DNA of 46,961 bases, from positions 86,474,651 through 86,521,611 of the forward strand of contig NC_068981.1 in assembly GCF_001194135.2 (NCBI RefSeq), given 5' to 3'. Position 1 is the stretch's first letter. Every line of letters starts with the position of its first letter. This DNA is from Octopus bimaculoides. Its lineage: Eukaryota. The notes beneath the pieces were generated by a model. It saw nothing but the letters and a program-made list of their open reading frames with translations, did no database searches and was not told where the DNA came from. Shown piece after piece: positions 11,365 through 21,969 of this stretch. The position numbers and the translations under genes were made by a program.

Positions 11365-11722
11365 GCTTAATTTCCCTAAAATATATAATCTTTGGACTTT
11401 GTCAGAAAGAAACTAATATTTGAAGTTGTTCTCGTATTTCTTATCATATTTCTGTTGAAATGCACTGTTTTTCTTTCAGTTAGTTTCAGAACTAATCAAG
11501 AATATAGTAAAATAAGTTTGTCATTTTTAACCTGATATTTGGAATATAAATTAGCATGAAATTTTAATGTGGAGTTATCATTTAAATCACTTTAAATCTA
11601 GGAATCTATACCATAGTCTCAGGCAGGTCGGTAGCAAAAGGATTAATGTAATAAAAGTAAATTGCCTGTTAATCTGAAACAGTTAGAAGGATAATAGCTT
11701 GAAATACTAAAACATCTTAATG

Positions 11723-11900
11723 TAGTGAGCTGGCAGAATTGCTACGTGTCAGGCAAAATGCTTAGTGGCATTTCATCCATCCTTACATTCTGAGTTCAGA
11801 TTCTGCTGAGGTTGACTTTGCCTTTCATCCTTTCAGGGTTAATAAAATAAGTACCAGTTGAATACTGGGGTCAATTGACCCAAGATTTGAAACCACTATT
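11723..11900 (+). mobile_element. SINE family A copy just upstream of a NOM1 acceptor
   Basis: gtgagctggcagaattgctacg...ctgagttcagattctgc...aataaaataagtaccagttgaatactggggtcaat. Confidence 0.8.
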
Positions 11901-11934
11901 AAAACATTTTTTTTTCTCTCTTATATCTCCCTAG

Positions 11935-12059
11935 AAGCTGATGAAGAGTCAATTCCAACAGGAAGTGAAGAAGTCAGAAATTTTCTAGAATTGTCAAGAA
12001 AGCAACGTATGAATACAGATATCCGAAGAAATATATTCTGTACCCTTATGGCTAGTGAG
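11935..12059 (+). CDS. NOM1: NOM1 coding exon (start of MA3 domain)
   Basis: ttttctctcttatatctccctAG acceptor and GTTTGT donor at 12060. Encodes ADEESIPTGSEEVRNFLELSRKQRMNTDIRRNIFCTLMASE. 125 nt, phase 1-0. Not in the ORF track. Confidence 0.95.
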
Positions 12060-12845
12060 GTTTGTCTAATGTTTATGAGCCTTCTTAATTCTTTTATTGC
12101 TTTCAGTATTTGAATTTATGTTTGGAAACTGCCTTTAAGGGGTTTTAATCAGTCATTGAGTCCAGTACTTAATTCAATTTGGTACATATTTTATCAATTC
12201 TGTTTATTGAGCTGTTAAGATATAGGATATAAAGAGTACTCATCATAAACAACAACAGCATAAACATAAAAATCGTCTTACATATTTATGCGCATATACA
12301 TATATGTTTCCTTAAATGTCAATATGATCGAGATTGAAGATAATGAAATTGAGGCTGATGGTGATGAATTTGGGGTTGAAATTGATGAGATTGAGGTTGA
12401 TAAGGACAAATTTGAGGAAGAAACTGTCTAAAACACTTGATAACGATAATCAAGAATTGGACTAATTGAAACCTAGCGTAAAAGTAAAAATGTTAACAAC
12501 ACACTTTAAAGATAAAACATAATTTTGATATAAGTAATTCTCTTTGCAAATTCTAATATTCCTTAGATATCAAGATAATGTATGTTGGTTATAGGAAGAA
12601 CACCTAGGACAGAAAGAACCTGTAGAAAATAATGGCTTCAGATCATAAAAATGAGATGACATTTACTTAGCTAAAAATGTTGGTCTGGAAGTCCTTCTGC
12701 TGCTGTTTGTAAGACTGAATCTAGATGAGAAAGATATTACACCAATGTTTTATTCATTAACATAACTTTTAATTGCATTAAAATTGTTGCATGCTGTGTT
12801 CTTAATTATCCAGCAAGCTCAACCATTCAGTTTCTTTGATTTCAG

Positions 12846-13010
12846 GATTTTGTTGATGCCTTTGAAAGACTTCTTAAACTCAAACTAAAACCAGTACAAG
12901 AAAGGGATATAATTCATGTTATTGTTGATTGTTGCATTCAAGAAAAAGAGTACAATCCTTACTATGCCCACCTTCTTCAGAAGTTCTGTGAATTCCACAG
13001 ACGTTTTCAG
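12846..13010 (+). CDS. NOM1: NOM1 coding exon (MA3 domain)
   Basis: ttcAG acceptor and GTAATT donor at 13011. Encodes DFVDAFERLLKLKLKPVQERDIIHVIVDCCIQEKEYNPYYAHLLQKFCEFHRRFQ. 165 nt, phase 0-0. Confidence 0.95.
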
Positions 13011-13254
13011 GTAATTTATCTTTTCATGTATGATTTATTGATGTTATTGACAGAGCTATACTCTCTTTTTCTCATACAATTAATTTTATTATTGTATACT
13101 AATAAAAACAATGCACGACATATTCACTGTGTTTTGAATTGTTTATTAAATATGAATTAAATGCTTTAAAATGTTTATTCAATATCTTAAATTTAGTGAA
13201 TAGGAACGTGTACATAATTTGAATATTTCTGAGTATGAATTTTATTGTCATGAC

Positions 13255-13425
13255 AAAATGCACCCAGTACACTCTGTAAAGTGGTGGTGTTTTGAAAGGC
13301 ATGCTGCCATAGAAATCAAGCCAAAAACATTAAACATCTGACTGAGATGTAGTCTTCTGACTCATCTAACCCATGCTAGCATGAAAAGCAGACATAAAAT
13401 GATGATGACAGTAATGACGATGATT
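13255..13425 (+). mobile_element. RTE-type 3' tail fragment
   Basis: cacccagtacactctgtaaagtggtgg...aacccatgctagcatgaaaagcagacataaaatgatgatga. Confidence 0.7.
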
Positions 13426-13933
13426 CATTTCTATGGATCTGGAGCCTTAGGTACTATTTTGAAAGGACTGTTTTAACACATGCTTTCATTGAAAGAAATA
13501 TTTGAAAATTTTTATAATTTTAGCAAACAGTCATCATTAACTCAAAATTTTAGTCTGTAAAGCTAATGTAAATTTGATTGTAATCTTTGAACTATGTACC
13601 TAATTTTTGTAACTATCTTATGATGTTCTATCTTAATTGATAAATAAATTCCTGTCTGTTTGAAAATTCAGTTTATGACATCTGGCTATAAATTTTATGT
13701 CTAGAAATTGGAGCTTTAATACTATTTGATAGGACTGTTTAAACATATATTTCCGTATTCATTTCTCATTTTAGCTTACTGTTGTCATCAGCCTCGATGC
13801 TTAGACTGCAAAGTTAATATAAATACATTATCTCAAAGACCAGAATAACAGCTTTTAATAAAAACTAATTTTTCTGTAAAATTTCATGAAGATGTTCAAA
13901 AATATAGTTTTTATGAAGACATAAAGTAAATAG

Positions 13934-14139
13934 ATAACCCTTTAGCATTCAGCTTACTCTGTCAGATGTAATGCTTATTTATTCACATTGTTTTGAATTA
14001 ATCATGCATTATCTTGTAGCTTTGAGATTTCAGTGATGTGATTATTTAATTTTACAATGATATTGTAGGGTATGTTTGGGAAGTTACACAGACAGATTAT
14101 CTGGGTCAGATATGGTTGGTCTAAACGGGAAACGGTTAA
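13934..14139 (+). mobile_element. piggyBac-like MITE (copy 2)
   Basis: ATAACCCTTTAGCATTCAG...gcttatttattcacattgttttgaattaatc...ACGGTTAA; reverse-complement match to 2561-2778. Confidence 0.55.
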
Positions 14140-14242
14140 AGTAGACATGGTAACAGCAGTTTCTTTGTGTCTGCAGATCATGTGGAAAAGCAGCACAAGT
14201 GGCTATGTAGACCAATCCTTGATACTTCAGGACTTTTCCTCC

Positions 14243-14474
14243 TACTGGGTGAAGGTCTAACTTCAGTGGCTCTGTGGGTGGAGGTCTGACCACGGTGGCT
14301 CAGTAAGGGAGGCCTGACATCAGTGGGTGGGGGGCTGACCACAGTGGCTCAGTAGGTGGGGGGTCTAAACACAGTAGCTCAGTGGATAGAGGTCTGACCA
14401 CAGGGGCTCAGTGGGTGGAGGTCTGACCCCAGTGGTTCAGTGAGTGGAGGGCTGACCACAGTGGTTCAGTGGGC
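14243..14474. repeat. G-rich minisatellite, ~29-bp unit, ~7-8 degenerate copies
   Basis: The unit CAGTGGCTCAGTGGGTGGAGGTCTGACCA is repeated contiguously with no unique spacers. Confidence 0.85.
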
Positions 14475-14783
14475 TAAGATGGCTGCAGTGACGAGCAAGC
14501 TATAGGTTTTACATCGGAGTGGTGAATCGCTTACAGGGCTAGAGAGGGTCATCTACCCTGGAGTTGCTAGAAGGGTATCAAAAAGGGCTCTGGGCCGCAT
14601 GCAAGACTCCACTCCTTGATTTGCTGTCAGGGCTGACACTCCTAGCCTTTTCCTTTTCCAAGGCACTCATAAAACAGTGAGAAAATAGATGTAATATTAT
14701 TTTATATGTAATAATGTATCATTTTAAAAATTACATCGAATGAATTCTGTTATGTTGTAATTTGTTGCTACTTTTTTGTGTAG

Positions 14784-14915
14784 ATGACATTTCAATTTAA
14801 TTTGTGGGATAAATTGAAAGACATGCCCAGTTTAACGGAAACGATGATGTCAAATTTAGCCAAATTGGTTTCTCACTTGATAGTAAGCAAAGCTCAGTCT
14901 TTGGCTTTATTTAAG
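14784..14915 (+). CDS. NOM1: NOM1 coding exon (MA3 domain)
   Basis: ttttttgtgtAG acceptor and GTAAGT donor at 14916. Encodes MTFQFNLWDKLKDMPSLTETMMSNLAKLVSHLIVSKAQSLALFK. 132 nt, phase 0-0. Confidence 0.95.
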
Positions 14916-16104
14916 GTAAGTTGTGGCCAATATAGAAATTGATATTTCCCTAGAAATTTATATTTTCCTAGAAATTGATATTTCCCTTTATGTAAATTTA
15001 GACCATTGTTTCCTATGTACAGCAGGATTCATTCATCCTCTCCTGAGAGAGGTTGAACTTGGTATTGTAAATCATTAATTTGTTGTCAGATTTTATTTAG
15101 ATTAGCATTTTGCCATTTATATCTTTCTTTTCTCTCACCCACATGTCAGATACGTGAAGTTGGAAAGGTTCAGAACTTTCCGAAGTCTTCATTTCGTATA
15201 TGTGCATTCATATAAATTTAAGTCACACGATATGGATTCAAGTAACCCTGTAGTACTCATAAAAAAAGTTCCTTAATGTATCATTCTATGAAACATATAG
15301 GATATATAGTACAATACAAGAGAAAATGATAAGGAGTGGATAAAGTCATAAATGATAGAGAAATAGTTTGATGAAATTTTATTTAATAATAAGAAAATTC
15401 TAATATCACGACTAATTGTTTCATAACTTTAACAAAGACTTTCTTTCACTTGAGGATGTAGCTTAAATTCTGAATTATTTTGAAGGATTTTTTGCGTTTT
15501 GCATTAATGCAGGCATGTAAGCTATTTTCATTATTAAATATAATAATATAAATTATTTACGTATTTTCAAGCCATGAAACAATATGTCGTGATATTATAG
15601 TCTTCTTATTGTTAAATAAAATTTCATAAAACTATTTCTCTGTCATCACGACTTTNNNNNNNNNNNNNNNNNNNNNNNNNNNNNNNNNNNNNNNNNNNNN
15701 NNNNNNNNNNNNNNNNNNNNNNNNNNNNNNNNNNNNNNNNNNNNNNNNNNNNNNNNNNNNNNNNNNNNNNNNNNNNNNNNNNNNNNNNNNNNNNNNNNNN
15801 NNNNNNNNNNNNNNNNNNNNNNNNNNNNNNNNNNNNNNNNNNNNNNNNNNNNNNNNNNNNNNNNNNNNNNNNNNNNNNNNNNNNNNNNNNNNNNNNNNNN
15901 NNNNNNNNNNNNNNNNNNNNNNNNNNNNNNNNNNNNNNNNNNNNNNNNNNNNNNNNNNNNNNNNNNNNNNNNNNNNNNNNNNNNNNNNNNNNNNNNNNNN
16001 NNNNNNNNNNNNNNNNNNNNNNNNNNNNNNNNNNNNNNNNNNNNNNNNNNNNNNNNNNNNNNNNNNNNNNNNNNNNNNNNNNNNNNNNNNNNNNNNNNNN
16101 NNNN

Positions 16105-16240
16105 GTTAGGAAGGGCATCCAGCTGTAGAAACTCTGCCAGATCAGATTGGAGCCTGGTGCAGCCTTCTGGCTTGCCAGTCTTCAGTCAAATCGTCCAACC
16201 CATGCTAGCATGGAAAGCGGACGTTAAATGATGATGATGA

Positions 16241-16243
<3 letters not shown>
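16105..16243 (+). mobile_element. RTE-LINE 3' tail emerging from an assembly gap
   Basis: gttaggaagggcatccagctgtagaaactctgccagatcagattggagcc...gttaaatgatgatgatg, almost identical to 21825-21966. Confidence 0.85.
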
Positions 16244-16280
<37 letters not shown>

Positions 16281-17424
16281 TCATAAAGAAGGATCAAAGA
16301 TTCCTCCCCATAGACTCATAAGGCCACTTTCTGTGGTGTATATATTCTTCCCTGAATTGGTTGCTGGTCCATCACAGGATTGTTCGTTTTTGCCTGCTGA
16401 GTGGACTAGAGCAGTGTGAAATGAAGTATTTTGCTCAAGAACACAATGGTCAAGGAATTAAAACTACTATCTCATGAGCCTAGGTGTAATACCCTAACTA
16501 CTAAGCCATGCACTTCCATATATATGTCGTTGAATGCTCGAAATGAAGAGTAGATAGACAGCCAACAACTGATGAAGGGTCCTTTCTCTGTGTTTACTTG
16601 ATAATCAAGACTATTGAATAATGACAGAATATAAATGTGATTTATAAAATGGATTTGATCAGACAGGGTTGACATACCAACCTAGTGCATCCATTTCCAG
16701 AGAGGTAGCTGTTTGTCAAAGCTGCTCATGCATCTGCACAATGCATGCACAAACCTGGGCAAGATATTTTGAAGAAAACTGGCAGTTGCCCATGCACACA
16801 AGTCACACCTCTCTCTATGTCTCCAACATTTATCCAAGGGAAAAGTTATTGACTTCATCTGACACAGCCTGAAATCAGTGTCATAGGTGCTGCTATCAGA
16901 TTCTCAAGAGCTCAGACACATATTGCAAAACATTTTGCCCAATTCTCTAACAGTTCAATCCGACACCTTGAATTGACACTTTTTTTTATCAACCCTGAAA
17001 AGATCTTGGTGGGTTTTGAACTCTGAGCACAGAAAACTGGAACATATACCATACAGCATTCTATCAATGCTATTATGACTCTACTGATTCACCACCTTAG
17101 ACTACTTCATTATATGATTATTTAATTAAAAGTGGATATCATTGCCTTAACTGTTTTCACACGAGACTTGTTTCCTTATTTCACTTTATTTTTTTTGTAT
17201 TCTGTGTTCATTTAAATATAATATCTTTCTCTTTTCTTCGCATCCCTGCATTTTATCATAAATGCTTTCTGCAAGAATCTTTATCAGGATCTTCACACTT
17301 CCAGAAGTCTCTTCCCACCTGTATCTCTATATCAGCAATAGTTTGAACTAAATTTCCACTGTACCTACTTCAACTAATGAAACCTTCCCTTTTTCTTTTC
17401 CTGCCTCCTCATAATAAATAGAGT

Positions 17425-17625
17425 AAAAAGAGTAAAGACCTCCTTCAGTCATGAATGACCGTGGGAGTGCACCTAGAAAGTTCCCCTCCAAGGCACAAGT
17501 CTAGGCAAGGTTTATGGGAGACTGGCAGTCACCCATACACATCAGTCTCCCCTCTCCATGCCACCAATGTTATCTAAGGGAAAGGCAAAGGCTGATACAG
17601 CTTGGCACCAGTGAAATCATAACTC
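17425..17625 (-). mobile_element. SINE family E 3' half
   Basis: Reverse complement of the ggtgccaagctgtatcagcc...gactgctggtcttccataaa...gccttggagg block at 29770-29950 and 34540-34700. Confidence 0.75.
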
Positions 17626-17627
17626 AC

Positions 17628-17850
17628 TTCATCTCACATTGCTCCAGTTCACTCTGCTGGTGAAAATGAGTAGTGCCTGTAATTCAAAGGGCCAGCCTTG
17701 CCTATTTTCTATGTCTCATTGAATCTTATCTTCATGAGAACTAACTACAATAAGGGTATGCATGTCTGTGGAGTGCTCAGCTACTTGCACGTTAATTTCA
17801 CAAGCAGGCTGTTCCGTTGATCAGATCAACTAGAACATTTGTTGCTGTAA
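17628..17850 (+). mobile_element. Mosaic SINE: family E core joined to a family B 3' half
   Basis: tcacattgctccagttcact (as at ~34509) is followed by gtgcctgtaattcaaaggg...gtctgtggagtgctcag...gctgttccgttgatc (as at 27393-27530). Confidence 0.65.
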
Positions 17851-17863
17851 CCAATAGAGCTCT

Positions 17864-17905
<42 letters not shown>

Positions 17906-18380
17906 CCCCTCTCTCTCTGCCAAATGTAGTCACAAACCTTTGGCTGGTTCTGTATTATAGAGGACTCTTGCCAAGGGTGCTGTGTCATGGGGTTGAGTCT
18001 AAAACCCCATTGTTGAGAAGCATCCATGCTTGCACCTGTATATTCTTATTTGTCTTTGTATACCTTATTTATTCAATAAGAGTAGGACGAGGCTTACCTG
18101 TAAATGACCTTTTACATATTCATGGGTTCCCTTATAAGAAAGGGTATAAGAGAATGTGGTATTTATGTCCCCCTCCAGAGTATTAGCATCTTTTAAAAAG
18201 ATTTTATTATAAAATACTTCAGAAGCATTATATTTTCTTTATATTATTAAAAAAAATAATAATGATTAGAATAAAATCATGGTGACAGTATAAATGAAAC
18301 AGTTCCTTCTGTGAATCAAATCTAAATGAAGTTCTCAGAAAAACAAACCAAAAAGAAACTACTTTGTTAGTGTAGCTATG

Positions 18381-18415
<35 letters not shown>

Positions 18416-18849
18416 TTGTTGTTTCTAATATTGCATATCAGAAAGTGTGAGGTTTGCCTTTGATATACAATATTAGAGATGGCAGTTGGATTTTAGTTAA
18501 GGCTGTTTTCATTGTCCTCAGTTGCGGATATAATATATGACTTTCTATAATGTCTGAATCATGACCAAGAAAGAAATCTATAAATATCTTTAATGGGTTT
18601 ATTAAATGCTTTTAAATAGAATTCTATAGAATTTATTTAAAAAGGATAGGATATTTGATAGACATATGAAAATTATTTACTATAGTAAAATTATGACAAA
18701 TCAAAAATTAAGATATTCTAAGTATGTGCATGTGTGTGTGTATTTGCTAATCTGTGCAATGTTTAGGTCTATTATATTTGAATTAAAGTTTGTGTACAGT
18801 TGATGTAAAAAAAATTTTTTTAATTGAATTTCTGTCTTTTAAATTGTAG

Positions 18850-19125
18850 GTTTTGGAATTTGGTACATTGGACAAACAAACAGTTTTTTTCTTGAAGGCT
18901 ATTTTATTGGACTTATTTGAAAATAACCCAAGCCATGTAATAAACATGGTATTTGAACGCATTTCCATACAAACTAATCTTTATAAATTCAGAGAAGGAC
19001 TGCGCTTGTTCATAATGCATTTCTTAATTGGTCGTAAAAAGAAGGCCAAATCTCCAGCTGTTCTAAAGCAGTTGCAAGAAGCTGTACAATTGCTTTCAAT
19101 ATCCCATTCTACTACTTTATTGTAG
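18850..19125 (+). CDS. NOM1: NOM1 terminal coding exon
   Basis: ttgtAG acceptor at 18848-18849. Encodes VLEFGTLDKQTVFFLKAILLDL...FREGLRLFIMHFL...SHSTTLL, stop TAG at 19123-19125. Resembles the recalled NOM1 C-terminus 'VVEF..LD...LREGLKLFISHFL'. Confidence 0.93.
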   Translation, partial: VLEFGTLDKQTVFFLKAILLDLFENNPSHVINMVFERISIQTNLYKFREGLRLFIMHFLIGRKKKAKSPAVLKQLQEAVQLLSISHSTTLL

Positions 19126-19152
19126 TAGAATTAATTGAGATTACTTGACAAC

Positions 19153-19158
19153 AATAAA
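19153..19158 (+). promoter_or_regulatory. Likely NOM1 polyadenylation signal
   Basis: AATAAA 27 nt after the stop codon, followed by a GT/T-rich tract (tagttgtttgcttattttatttatttt) that resembles a downstream element. Confidence 0.55.
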
Positions 19159-19214
19159 GACTGTGATAGTAATTAGTTGTTTGCTTATTTATTTATTTTC
19201 TATATTTCTTTTAT

Positions 19215-19570
19215 TGGTGCAGGTTTCGCTATGTGGTAAGAAGTTTGCTTCCCCAACAACATGGTTCCAAGTTCAATATTTCTGCATGAAACCTGGTGCA
19301 TGTGTTTTCTGCTATAGCTCTGGGCTAATCAAAGCCTTGTGAGTGGATTCGGTTGATGAAAAACTGAAAGGAACTCATCAAATATACCTATGTTTGTGTG
19401 TGTGTTTGTGTTTGTTCCTCACTACCACTTGACAACCAATTGAGTTAACTTAGTGGTTTGGCAAAAGATATAGATAGAATAAGTACTTGGGTTGATTTGC
19501 TTGACTAAACCCTTCAAGGTGGTGCCGCAGTATGGCCACAGTTCAATAACTGAAACAAATAAAAGATAGT
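19215..19570 (+). mobile_element. SINE family D with alternative tail
   Basis: Head gctatgtggtaagaagtttgcttcc...ggttccaagttcaa, tail ...aataagtact...cagttcaataactgaaacaaataaaaga. Confidence 0.65.
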
Positions 19571-19584
19571 GATAAAAGGTGTGC

Positions 19585-19800
19585 CATCATCATCATCATT
19601 TAACATCTGATTTCTATGTTGGCATAGGTCAGACAGTTTGACAGGAGCTGACAATGCCAAGAGCTATACCAGGTTCCATAGTCTGTTTCTGCTTGGTTTC
19701 TACAGCTGGATACCCTTCCTATTACCAACCTCTTTACAAAGTGTACTGGGTACTTTTTACATGATACTATCACCAGTGCTTTTTATGTAGCACCATCACC
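19585..19800 (-). mobile_element. RTE-type 3' tail fragment
   Basis: catcatcatcatttaacatc...tttctacagctggatacccttcct...tttttacatg is the reverse complement of the RTE tail. Confidence 0.7.
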
Positions 19801-19819
19801 TATATGTATATATATATAT

Positions 19820-20203
19820 GTTGTTGGCACTCCGTCGCTTACAACATCGAGGGTTCCAGTTGATCCGATCAATGGAACAGCCTGCTCGTGAAATTAACGT
19901 GCAAGTGACTGAGCACTCCACAGACATGTGTACCCTTAATGTAGTTCTCGGGGATATTCAGCGTGACACAGTGTGACAAGGCTGACCCTTTGAATTACAG
20001 GCACAACAGAAACAGGAAGTAAGAGTGAGAGAAAGTTGTGGTGAAAGAGTACAGCAGGGGTCACCACCATCCCCTGCTGGAGCCTCGTGGAGCTTTAGGT
20101 GTTTTTGCTCAATAAACACTCACAATGCCCAGTCTGGGAATTGAAACCGTGATCCTATGACCGCGAGTCCGCTGCCCTAACCACTGGGGCATTGTGCCTC
20201 CAC
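19820..20203 (-). mobile_element. Full-length SINE family B inserted in a (TA)n tract
   Basis: Co-linear with 1903-2278 and 27192-27584; flanked on both sides by TATATA runs. Confidence 0.9.
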
Positions 20204-20354
20204 CATATATATATATATATATTGTTTGTTTTTGATATAATAAAAACAATTTTACATAAAATTGAAGGATCACTCAATATGTTTAGTAGAATAGAATTTA
20301 TTATTCTTTAACTAGAATAATACTGAGAATGACTTCAAAGTTTTGGTCAATTGA

Positions 20355-20560
20355 TTTAATATATATAAATGGCAATTTCTGTCTGTTACTATCTTAGTGC
20401 CTAAACCAGTGAACCAATATTCATGAAACTTTGCATACATGTTAGACTAACATCCAGTTCAATAATAGGCTAATTTGATTTCAATAAAAATCTATGTGTC
20501 CCCCCAGGGGTGTTGCACGAATTATATGATAAAATGAGAAGGTTGCAAAAAACATTAGTC
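20355..20560 (+). mobile_element. Possible non-autonomous Helitron/HINE-like element 5' part
   Basis: atatatataaatggcaatttctgtctgt...aaaccagtgaaccaatattcatgaaactttgcatac resembles the recalled DINE-1/HINE-type 5' motif. No clear 3' hairpin was identified. Confidence 0.4.
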
Positions 20561-20959
20561 TGAAGGAAAGATAGTAACAGAGAAAGGGTAATTTATATAA
20601 GAAAATTTTGGCGCCATTCTCAAGTGGGAAACTGCACATCATTTTTTTCTTGTGTTGTAACTGAATTTACAACTTGTTCCTTCAAAGACACAGCTTCCTG
20701 GGGGAATTTTCTTGCATGAAAAAAAAAAATTATCCAGAATTTTCTCCAGAATTCACATGGACAACATTTTTTCCTACGTTCCAGGTATGACTTTCTCTCA
20801 ACCCTAACCAGATTATCCATGTGTTGGCCATTGTTTTGTTTTTCATCTGTTGTTAAGGACTTCTCCCAGTTCATCCTCTGCTGCTAAAAAAATTCCTAGT
20901 TCAATGCTTGTCGTGTCTTCTTTCAGCTAGGGTGTTTGACTGCTATTTTTATTGGCTAG

Positions 20960-21966
20960 CAGGCAAGGGTGCGCTGAAAGTGTAGCTGCTAGAATAAAAA
21001 TAGCCTGGGCAAAGTTTAGAGAGCTCTTACCTCTGCTGGTGACAAAGGGCCTCTCACTCAAAGTAAAAGGCAGACTGTATGACGCATGTGTATGAACAGC
21101 CATGCTACATGGCAGTGAGACATGGGCAGTGACTGCTGAGGACATACGTAAGCTCACAAGAAACGAAGCCAGTATGCTCCGATGGATGTGTAATGTCAGT
21201 GTGCATACCTTGAGAGAAAAGTTAGACCTAAGAGGCATCAGTTGTGGTGTGCAAGAGAGACGACTGCGCTGGTATGGACATGTGGCAAGAATGGATGAGG
21301 ATAGCTGTGTGAAAAAGTGCCACACCCTAGCAGTTGAGGGAACCTGTGGAAGACGTAGATCCAGGAAAACCTGGGATGAGGTGGTGAAGCACGACCTTTG
21401 AACTTTAGGCCTCACCGAGGCAATGACTTCTGACCGGGACCTTTGGAAATATGCAGTACGTGAGAAGACTCTGCAAGCCAAGTTAGAGCATAAGCTGTGA
21501 CCTCTGCCAGAAGTGTAGCCAGCTCACTTATTCGTATCTTTACTTCATTGGACACTAAACTCTGCTTGTGAAGACCTGTTGGGGCAAGTGAAATCGAAAT
21601 TGAACCAATTTCGATGCCTGGCACCCGTGCCAGTAGAGCACTAACAGCACCATTTGAGCGGGATCATTGCCAGAGCGAGGTCGTTGCCAGTACCGCTGGA
21701 CTGGCTCCCGTGCAGGTGGCACGTAAAAAACACCTTTTTGAGCGTGGCCGTTGCCAGTACTGTGTGATTGGCCCTCATGCCAGTGGCATGTAAAAGCACC
21801 CACTACACTCTCTGAGTGGTTGGCGTTAGGAAGGGCATCCAGCTGTAGAAACTCTGCCAGATCAGATTGGAGCCTGGTGCAGCCTTCTGGCTTGCCAGTC
21901 CTCAGTCAAATCGTCCAACTCATGCTAGCATGGAAAGCGGACGTTAAACGACAACGATGATGATGA
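20960..21966 (+). mobile_element. 5'-truncated RTE-clade LINE (ORF2 C-terminus, 3' UTR and (GAT)n tail)
   Basis: GCAESVAARIKIAWAKFRELLPLLVTKGLSLKVKGRLYDACV*TAMLHGSETWAVT...RLRWYGHVARMDEDS...RKTWDEVVKHDL, then a repeat-containing 3' UTR ending in (GAT)n. Confidence 0.92.
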
Positions 21967-21969
21967 TTT

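Noticed and set aside
14243-14474. Repeat array as a CRISPR locus
   Set aside because: The units are contiguous with no unique spacers, lie in a eukaryotic intron, and there are no cas genes.
15130-15655. Possible DNA-transposon end before the gap
   Set aside because: No matching TIR or TSD is visible, and the other end may lie in the N-gap.
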